Shown piece after piece: positions 57,215 through 64,000 of a stretch of 64,000 nucleotides of DNA. The position numbers and the translations under genes are program-made. Below the pieces are notes generated by a model. It had not been told where the DNA came from and did no database searches. It saw only the letters and a list, made by a program, of their open reading frames with translations. The DNA lies in the NCBI GenBank assembly GCA_963719495.1, contig CAVRCI010000015.1, positions 32,001-96,000 on the forward strand, read 5' to 3'. The stretch comes from an uncultured Verrucomicrobiae bacterium (GTDB lineage Bacteria; Verrucomicrobiota; Verrucomicrobiia; Chthoniobacterales; JAATET01). Position 1 is the stretch's first letter; each line of letters opens with the position of its first letter.

Positions 57215-58081
57215 GTGAGAGGGCTCTTCCCGTCTTTGGTCTTCGGAGGGGTCCTACTTGCGATCACAGGATGCGCGACGCCGAATCCTTCGGGCGGGCC
57301 GGTTGAGCGGGGGTTGGTTTACAAGTCGGAGTTCAATAACTGGGGGCGGCTGGACATTTTCTACCCGGACGGGGCGGCTCCGGCGGGTGGGTTTCCGGTT
57401 GTCGTCTGGCTGCATGGAGGTGGCTGGGTCGCGGGGAACCGGAGCACGTTTCCGTTGCTGAATGATCTGACCCGGGATGGCTTCGCCGTGGCGACGATCG
57501 ACTATCGCAACAGCCTGCACGCGAAATTTCCGGCGCAGATCGAGGACGTCAACGATGGGGTGCGGTGGTTGGTGGCGAACGCCGACCGTTTGCGGCTCGA
57601 TGCCGGGCGGATGGGGATCGCGGGGGCTTCGGCGGGGGCGCATTTGGCGTTGTTGTCGGCGCTGTCCGATGGGTCGGAGGCGGTGGCTTGGGCGCTGCAG
57701 TTGAAGCCGGAGCAGCGGTTTCGAGCGGTCGTGGGATTCTACACGCCGACGGATTTGGTGACGGTGGTGAAGCCGGAGAATCGGGATCGGCTCAATAATT
57801 TGGTGGCGTTGCTGCTGGGCGGGACGGTGGACGAGAAGGTGGCGTTGGCAAGGGCGGGGAGTCCGGTGGATTACGTGGACGCGGGGGATCCGCCGGTTTT
57901 TCTGTTGCACGGGGTGAAGGATGAAACGGTGCCCGTGGAGCAGAGCCGGGTGATGCGGGCCGCGCTGGAGGACGTGGGGGTGGCGGCTCGGTTGCGGGAG
58001 TTTCCGGATCAGGGTCATGGATTCGAGCCGGATGCGGAGACTTATGGGGAGATTCGGGATTTTCTGACGGAGTTGCTTTGA
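57215..58081 (+). CDS. Alpha/beta-hydrolase (esterase) lipoprotein
   Basis: Lipobox ITGC; HGGGW, GASAG, HG.KD..VP, GHG. Confidence 0.88.
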   Translation: MRGLFPSLVFGGVLLAITGCATPNPSGGPVERGLVYKSEFNNWGRLDIFYPDGAAPAGGFPVVVWLHGGGWVAGNRSTFPLLNDLTRDGFAVATIDYRNSLHAKFPAQIEDVNDGVRWLVANADRLRLDAGRMGIAGASAGAHLALLSALSDGSEAVAWALQLKPEQRFRAVVGFYTPTDLVTVVKPENRDRLNNLVALLLGGTVDEKVALARAGSPVDYVDAGDPPVFLLHGVKDETVPVEQSRVMRAALEDVGVAARLREFPDQGHGFEPDAETYGEIRDFLTELL

Positions 58082-59142
58082 GGGGCGGGGGGAGCGGGAG
58101 TGCGGCTTTGCCGGTTTTGGGGGGGGGTCCGGCTGGAAGCCGGGAACGGCGACCTGGAAGGTCGCGGTCCCCTTGCCTTTGGACCCTTTGGGTCTTTTGG
58201 TTTGTCTTCGCCGGGTGTTCGGGGGCTCAGTCGGCTTTGGATCCGGCGAGTGGGGAGGCGGCGGAGATCGCGCGGCTCTTTTCGTGGATGGTGGGTGGGA
58301 CGATCGTGATCTGGTTGATCGTGATGGCTTTGGCGGTCTACGCGATGTTTCTGCGGCCGGACAAGCAGCACGATCCGCGGTGGTCGGTGCGGTGGATCGT
58401 GGGGGGCGGGGTGGTTTTTCCGACGGTGGTGCTGGCGGGTCTGTTGGCTTACGGGTTGTCGATGCTGCCGCGGATGATGGCGCGGGCTCCGGAGGGGAGT
58501 CTGGTGGTGGCGGTGGAGGGCGAGATGTGGTGGTGGCGGGCGGAGTATCGCCTGCCGGACGGGCGGACGTTTCGGTCGGACAACGAGATTCGGTTGCCGG
58601 TGGGAGAGCCGGTGCAGTTCGAGCTGACGAGCGCGGACGTGATTCATTCGTTCTGGATTCCGGCGCTCGGAGGGAAGGTGGACATGATCCCGGGACGGGA
58701 GAACGAGCTGGCGCTCCGGCCGACGCGGGTCGGGCGATTTCGTGGGGTGTGCGCGGAATTTTGCGGGGCATCCCACGGGCTGATGGCGTTCGATGTGGTG
58801 GTGATGGAACGGGCGGTTTTTGCGGAATGGGCGGAGGGGATGATGCGGGAGTCGGTGCCGATGGTGGGTTCGCTGGGGGCGGAGGTTTTTGCGCGGAGTG
58901 GCTGCGGGGCCTGTCACTCGGTGCGGGGGACGGGGGCGGATGGAGTGGTGGGGCCGGATCTGACGCATTTCGGGTCGCGGCTGAGCATCGGGGCTGGGAC
59001 GTTGGTGAACGACGCGGCGGGCCGACGGCGGTGGATGGAGGAAACCGGGGAGGTGAAGCCGGAGGTGCTGATGCCGCACTTCGGGCATCTGCCAGAGCGG
59101 GAGATGGTGGCTTTGGTGGAGTATCTGGGGGGGCTGAAGTGA
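58078..59142 (+). CDS. coxB: Cytochrome c oxidase subunit II with a fused cytochrome c
   Basis: DVIHSFWIP, CuA motif CAEFCGASHGLM, CGACH; start uncertain because a REP element lies in the 5' end. Confidence 0.92.
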   Translation: MRGGGSGSAALPVLGGGPAGSRERRPGRSRSPCLWTLWVFWFVFAGCSGAQSALDPASGEAAEIARLFSWMVGGTIVIWLIVMALAVYAMFLRPDKQHDPRWSVRWIVGGGVVFPTVVLAGLLAYGLSMLPRMMARAPEGSLVVAVEGEMWWWRAEYRLPDGRTFRSDNEIRLPVGEPVQFELTSADVIHSFWIPALGGKVDMIPGRENELALRPTRVGRFRGVCAEFCGASHGLMAFDVVVMERAVFAEWAEGMMRESVPMVGSLGAEVFARSGCGACHSVRGTGADGVVGPDLTHFGSRLSIGAGTLVNDAAGRRRWMEETGEVKPEVLMPHFGHLPEREMVALVEYLGGLK

Positions 59143-59173
59143 GGGGGGTGGAGAGTGCGGCTTTGCCGTTGGG

Positions 59174-61837
59174 GTGGGGTTTCCGGCTGGAAGCCGGAAA
59201 CTGCGACCTGGAAGGTCGCGGTCCCCAACGAGGTTCCCGATACGGTTCCCGCGCTGGTCTTTGGTTCTCAACTCTCAACCGGGGACCGGGGTTATAAAAA
59301 CGGCGGCGGGGGATCGGGAGCCGCTGGCGGAGGCGCCGGCGGTGGCTTTGCAGGAGGCTCAGAAGGAGCGGTTGTTGGAGGCTTGGCGAACTCCGACGGG
59401 GTGGCGGTATTGGTCGGCGGTCAATAACTCGGAGGTCGGGCTTTGGTATACCTGCGCGGCTTTTGGGTTCTTCTTTTTCGGGGGCTGCCTGGCGCTGTTG
59501 ATGCGGATTCAGCTCGCGGTGCCGGGGAACGACTTCGTCTCGGCGGACTTTTACAATCAGCTCTTCACGCTGCACGGGTCGGTGATGATGTTTCTCTTCG
59601 CGGTGCCGATCTTCGAGGCGATCTCGATCATGCTGCTGCCGGAGATGCTGGGGGCGCGGGATCTGCCGTTTCCGCGGTTGTCGGCTTTTGGGTTTTGGTC
59701 GTTTTTGCTGGGGGGCGTTTTCGTTTGCGGGTCGATCTTCTTCGACGCGGCGCCGAAGGGGGGGTGGTTCATGTATCCGCCGATGACGACGCAGTATCAG
59801 ACGGGCGTGGGGGCGGACATCTGGTTGCTGGGGCTTTCGTTCATCGAGATTGCGTCCATCGCGGCGGCGGTCGAATTGATCGTGGGGGTGCTCAAGTGCC
59901 GGCCGCCCGGGATGCGGATCAATCTGATCCCGCTCTATTCGTGGTATATTCTGGTGGTGGCGGTGATGATTCTCTTCGCGTTTCCGCCGCTGATCGCGGG
60001 GGATATTTTGCTGGAGATGGAGCGGATGTTCGACTGGCCGTTTTTCGACTCGGCGCGGGGTGGGGATCCGCTGTTGTGGCAGCACCTGTTTTGGATCTTC
60101 GGGCATCCGGAGGTCTACATCGTGTTCCTGCCGTCGGTGGCTTTGGTGGCGATGATCGTGCCGACTTTTGCCCGGACTCCGATGGTGGGTTACAGCTGGG
60201 TGGTCTTGGCGGCGGTCGGGACGGGGTTCATCAGCTTCGGGCTGTGGGTGCACCACATGTTCACGACGGGGTTGCCGGGGGTGACGGTCGGGATTTTTTC
60301 GGCGGCTTCGCAGGCGGTGGCGATACCGACGGGGGTGCAGCTTTTCTGTTTCCTGGCGACTTTGGTGGTCGGGAAGGTGGCGCGGAGTGTGCCGATGCTG
60401 TTCGTGCTCGCGGGGCTGGCGACGTTCGTGATCGGGGGGCTGACGGGGGTGATGGTGGCGTTGGCTCCGTTCGATTTTCAGGCCCACGACACGTATTTCG
60501 TGGTGGGGCATTTGCACTACGTGCTCATTGGGGGGACGATTTTTCCCATCGTGGGTGGGCTGTATTATTTCTATCCGTTGGTGGGCGGGAAAATGCTGTC
60601 GGCGCGGCTCGGGACGTGGGCTTGGTGGCTGATGATGGTGGGGTTCAACGTGACGTTCCTGCCGATGCATTGGACGGGGTTGCGGGGGATGACGCGGCGG
60701 GTGTTTACCTATCCGGAGGGGTTGGGGTTCGAGTGGTTGAACCTGGTGTCGTCGGTGGGGGCGTTCGTGTTGGCGGCGGGGTTCGGGGTCGTGCTCTGGG
60801 ACGTGCTGAGGCCGAAGGGTCGTCAGCCATTTGCGAAGCGGAATCCGTGGGGAGCGGGCACTTTGGAATGGTTGGCTTCGATGCCGGACAAGCCTTGGGG
60901 AACGCGGTCGATCCCGGAGATTGATTCGCGGTATCCGCTGTGGGATCAGCCGAACTTCGAGCGGGACGTGGACGAGGGGCGGTTCTATTTGCCGGACGCG
61001 GCGGAGGTGAAGCGGGAGACGCTGGTGACGTCGCCGATCGACGCGCGGCCGGTGCAGTGTCTACGGGTGCCGGGGCCGACGTGGCTTTCGTTCTGGGCGG
61101 CGATGGGGCTGGGGGGCGTCTTCATTTTTTCGACGTTCCATTGGTGGTGGGCGGCGGCGGTGAGCGGGGCGGTGGGGTTCTGCGTGATCGTGGCGTGGCT
61201 GTGGACGGGGACGGCGGTGATCCCGGAGAAGCCGGAGAAGGACGTGGGGCTGGGGAAGGTGCTGCCACTCTACGCGTCGGGGCCGAAGTCGGTGGGTTGG
61301 TGGGCGATGCTGATCACGATGCTGGGCGACATGACGGCGTTCGTTTCGCTGGTGTTTGGGTATTTTTTCTATTGGACGATTCACGAGGATTTTCCGCCGG
61401 TCGGCGCGGTGGGGCCGGGTTGGGTGTGGCCGGTGGCGGCTTTGGCGATGTTGGTCGGCGCTTGGGGGATGACGTTGGGGGCGCGGGCGGCGAATCGCGC
61501 GGATCGGGTGGGGATTTTTTACGGACTGATCGGTGGCGCGGTGGTGCTGGGGGTGGCGGGGACGGTCGGGTTGCTGATGGGGCCGGGGACGACGGGAATG
61601 GATCCGACCGAGCACGTTTATCCGGCGATCGTGTGGGTGCTGGCGGGGTGGGCGGCTCTGCACGCGGGATTGGGTGTGGTGATGGTGGTTTACTGCGGAG
61701 CGCGGCGGTTCTTTGGGCGGATGGATGCGGTGCACGACATCGACGTGCAGAACGTGGCGCTTTATTGGCACTTCGCCGCGCTGACGGCGGTGATCACGGT
61801 GGGCGTGATCGCGGGATTTCCGCTGATGGTGAGGTGA
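59174..61837 (+). CDS. coxA: Cytochrome c oxidase subunit I fused to a subunit-III-like domain (A1 type)
   Basis: TLHG, FWIFGHPEVY, WVHHM, HDTYFVVGHLHY; C-terminal LYWHF; start uncertain. Confidence 0.93.
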   Translation: MGFPAGSRKLRPGRSRSPTRFPIRFPRWSLVLNSQPGTGVIKTAAGDREPLAEAPAVALQEAQKERLLEAWRTPTGWRYWSAVNNSEVGLWYTCAAFGFFFFGGCLALLMRIQLAVPGNDFVSADFYNQLFTLHGSVMMFLFAVPIFEAISIMLLPEMLGARDLPFPRLSAFGFWSFLLGGVFVCGSIFFDAAPKGGWFMYPPMTTQYQTGVGADIWLLGLSFIEIASIAAAVELIVGVLKCRPPGMRINLIPLYSWYILVVAVMILFAFPPLIAGDILLEMERMFDWPFFDSARGGDPLLWQHLFWIFGHPEVYIVFLPSVALVAMIVPTFARTPMVGYSWVVLAAVGTGFISFGLWVHHMFTTGLPGVTVGIFSAASQAVAIPTGVQLFCFLATLVVGKVARSVPMLFVLAGLATFVIGGLTGVMVALAPFDFQAHDTYFVVGHLHYVLIGGTIFPIVGGLYYFYPLVGGKMLSARLGTWAWWLMMVGFNVTFLPMHWTGLRGMTRRVFTYPEGLGFEWLNLVSSVGAFVLAAGFGVVLWDVLRPKGRQPFAKRNPWGAGTLEWLASMPDKPWGTRSIPEIDSRYPLWDQPNFERDVDEGRFYLPDAAEVKRETLVTSPIDARPVQCLRVPGPTWLSFWAAMGLGGVFIFSTFHWWWAAAVSGAVGFCVIVAWLWTGTAVIPEKPEKDVGLGKVLPLYASGPKSVGWWAMLITMLGDMTAFVSLVFGYFFYWTIHEDFPPVGAVGPGWVWPVAALAMLVGAWGMTLGARAANRADRVGIFYGLIGGAVVLGVAGTVGLLMGPGTTGMDPTEHVYPAIVWVLAGWAALHAGLGVVMVVYCGARRFFGRMDAVHDIDVQNVALYWHFAALTAVITVGVIAGFPLMVR

Positions 61838-61886
61838 GGTTTGTCCGCAGATTCAGCAGAGTGGGGCAGATTTTTTTGATGAGGAT

Positions 61887-62267
61887 ATGAGCACGGTTGA
61901 GGATGGGGTGACGGCTGAGGGGCGTCAGAGTTTGTGGTGGTTGGCGGCGGGGCCGCTGATCTGGACGGCTCATTTTCTGGCTTGTTACCTGACGGCGGCG
62001 ATCTGGTGCGCGAAGGAGGGTGGGTCGCTGGCGGGGGTGCGGATGGCGATTTGCGCGTTTACTCTGGTGGCTTTGGTGGGGATTGGGTTCGTCGGAGTGG
62101 TGGGCTGGCGACGGCATCGGTATGGGTCGGGGGCGGTGCCGCATGACTTCGACACGCCGGAGGATCGGTATCGGTTTCTGGGCTTTGCGACGGCATTGTT
62201 GGCGGGCTTGAGCGCGGTGGCGACAGGGTTCGTGGCGATGGTGGCGGTGTTCGTGGAGGTTTGCTGA
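61887..62267 (+). CDS. Small membrane protein of the oxidase cluster
   Basis: Three TM segments, PLIWTAHFL..Y...AIWC. Confidence 0.7.
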   Translation: MSTVEDGVTAEGRQSLWWLAAGPLIWTAHFLACYLTAAIWCAKEGGSLAGVRMAICAFTLVALVGIGFVGVVGWRRHRYGSGAVPHDFDTPEDRYRFLGFATALLAGLSAVATGFVAMVAVFVEVC

Positions 62268-62920
62268 TGGATTTTTCTCACGCAGAGACGCAGGGGCGCG
62301 GAGGAATGCTGGTTTTCTTGGGATTGCTGGTTCTGGGCGTTTGCTGGGGTTGGTTGGCGGGTTTTGTGGCGGGGGCGTTTTGGGTTCACATGGTGATGCA
62401 CATGGGAGTGGTGGCGGTGGCGGCTCCTTTGTTGGCGCTGGGTTTGGCGGGGGGACGGTGGGACCCGGTGGTGCGGCTGCCTTGGCTGGGGGTGCCGATC
62501 GTGGCTTCGGTGGTGGAGTTGATCGTGGTCTGGGGGTGGCACGCGCCGGGGCCGCACCACTTTGCCCGGCACGAGACGGTGGGGTTGGTGCTGGAGCAGG
62601 GTTCGTTTTTGCTGACGGGATTTTGGATTTGGATCTCGGCGTTTGGGGGGAACGAGTTCGGTCGAAGGGAGCGGATGGCCGGTGGGGTGATCGGATTGCT
62701 GCTGACGTCGATGCACATGACTTTGCTGGGGGCGTTGTTGGCGTTGGCGCAGCGACCGCTTTATGGTCACTCGATGACGATGGGGGGGATGCCGGTGGTG
62801 CTGGATCAGCAGATTGGGGGCGCGATCATGTTGGTGGTCGGTGGCGTGTCTTACCTCGTGGGTGGGCTTTGGTTGGTGGTGGGTTTGCTGCGGGATGAGC
62901 CGCGGGAGGTTGGGGCGTGA
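62267..62920 (+). CDS. Caa3-type CtaG cytochrome oxidase assembly protein
   Basis: HMVMHM...APL, WGWHAP, SMHMTLLG, DQQIGG. Confidence 0.85.
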   Translation: MDFSHAETQGRGGMLVFLGLLVLGVCWGWLAGFVAGAFWVHMVMHMGVVAVAAPLLALGLAGGRWDPVVRLPWLGVPIVASVVELIVVWGWHAPGPHHFARHETVGLVLEQGSFLLTGFWIWISAFGGNEFGRRERMAGGVIGLLLTSMHMTLLGALLALAQRPLYGHSMTMGGMPVVLDQQIGGAIMLVVGGVSYLVGGLWLVVGLLRDEPREVGA

Positions 62921-64000
62921 GGCGGGTGGTGATGGTGTTGGTTCTGCTGGCGGTGCTGGGTGGCATTGTGGCGGGTGGGGCTTTGGTGGTCGCTGGGTCG
63001 GGGGTGATTCCGATCGCGGCGAGTTCGGGGCATTGGGCGGTGACGGAGTGGTTTCTGCACTTTTCGATGAAACGCTCGATCTCGACGCACAGCTGGGGGA
63101 TCGCGGTGCCGGGGGATTTGGGCGATGAGGGGCGGGTGCTGCGGGGGGCGGGGCATTACTCGACGGGGTGCTTCGGGTGCCACGGCGGGCCGGGCGCGGC
63201 GATGCCGGCGGTGGCGGCGGGGATGACTCCGCAACCGCCCTACCTGCCGCCGCGGATGGATGGGTGGGAGGACGCGGAGTTGTTCACCATTCTCAAGCAC
63301 GGGATCAAGTTTGCGGGGATGCCCGCTTGGCCGACGCAGTTGCGGGACGAGGAGGTGTGGGACGTGGTGGCGTTCTTGCGGGAGCTGCCGGGGATGGACG
63401 GCGAGCGGTATGAGGGGTTGGTGGCGGGGGAAGGGCGGCTGGAAATATTCGAACGGGGTGCGGGCGGGATGGAATTAGCGCGGGAGGGGTGCTTTCGGTG
63501 TCACGGCGAGGACGGGATGGGGCGCGGGGGGGCTTGGCCAGTGTTGGCGGGTCAGCGATCGGAATACCTGGTGGCGCAGCTGAGGGCTTACCGGGATGGG
63601 GGGCGACCGAGTGGGATGATGGAGCCGGTGGCTCAGGGGTTGACGGATGGGGAGATCGCGGAGCTGGCGGAGTATTTTTCGGAGCTGCCGGGTCGGGGCG
63701 CTGCGGCTGATGGGGTGGCGGCGACAGGTGAGGATGAGCGGATCGAGCGGGGTCGCTTGATCGCGGAGCGCGGGATTCCGGGGCGGAAGGTGGCGTCTTG
63801 TTTGGACTGCCACGGGGCGGAGTCGCGGGCGGAGTATCCGCGGTTGGCGGGTCAGGAGGCTTGGTATCTGGTGCGGCAATTGGAGTTGTTTGCGAGCGGC
63901 GTGCGCGGTGGGTCGAGTTCGGCGCACTTGATGGATTCGGTGGCGGAGCGGCTGACGCCGGAGGATCGGGTGGACGTGGCGGCTTGGTTTGCTTCGATGG
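62917..64000 (+). CDS. Multihaem c-type cytochrome (c4-like), partial
   Basis: Manual translation from GTG 62917 gives a TM anchor, then CFGCH, CFRCH, CLDCH and P.LAGQ motifs; runs off the right edge. Confidence 0.88.
   Translation, partial: MRRVVMVLVLLAVLGGIVAGGALVVAGSGVIPIAASSGHWAVTEWFLHFSMKRSISTHSWGIAVPGDLGDEGRVLRGAGHYSTGCFGCHGGPGAAMPAVAAGMTPQPPYLPPRMDGWEDAELFTILKHGIKFAGMPAWPTQLRDEEVWDVVAFLRELPGMDGERYEGLVAGEGRLEIFERGAGGMELAREGCFRCHGEDGMGRGGAWPVLAGQRSEYLVAQLRAYRDGGRPSGMMEPVAQGLTDGEIAELAEYFSELPGRGAAADGVAATGEDERIERGRLIAERGIPGRKVASCLDCHGAESRAEYPRLAGQEAWYLVRQLELFASGVRGGSSSAHLMDSVAERLTPEDRVDVAAWFASM

Noticed and set aside
57254..60670. 1138-aa minus-strand ORF
   Set aside because: It is a low-complexity Pro/Arg/His antisense shadow of the esterase and cox genes

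Overview
High-GC bacterial chromosomal window. It is most likely Verrucomicrobiota; this is inferred from the stand-alone SWIB/MDM2 protein, the DUF4159 and GxxExxY genes and the repeat families, not from a database search. It holds about 55 genes and three tRNAs (Leu-CAG, Tyr-GTA, Val-GAC). No CRISPR array, rRNA, transposase or integrase was seen. Main blocks: (1) a minus-strand envelope/lipid cluster (flippase-like TM protein, patatin, ACP, stand-alone condensation-type acyltransferase, FAD oxidoreductase, two GT-C glycosyltransferases); (2) an NCS1 permease with an AGXT2-like aminotransferase; (3) a metal-response islet with a cnrY-cnrX-cnrH-like ECF module, three identical-spacing GAGGGA-N15-CGTTT promoter motifs and a collapsed copA pseudogene; (4) housekeeping genes (PPIases, ygfZ, polX, DAHP synthase, nuoEF, gpmI); (5) GH63, GH15 and glucose dehydrogenase; (6) a caa3-like oxidase cluster running off the right end. 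Several small repeat families are layered over these: REP-like hairpins, heptamer microsatellites, tRNA-Tyr 3'-end repeats, and a GxxExxY nuclease gene bracketed by its own direct and inverted repeats. All product calls come from motif recognition by eye.
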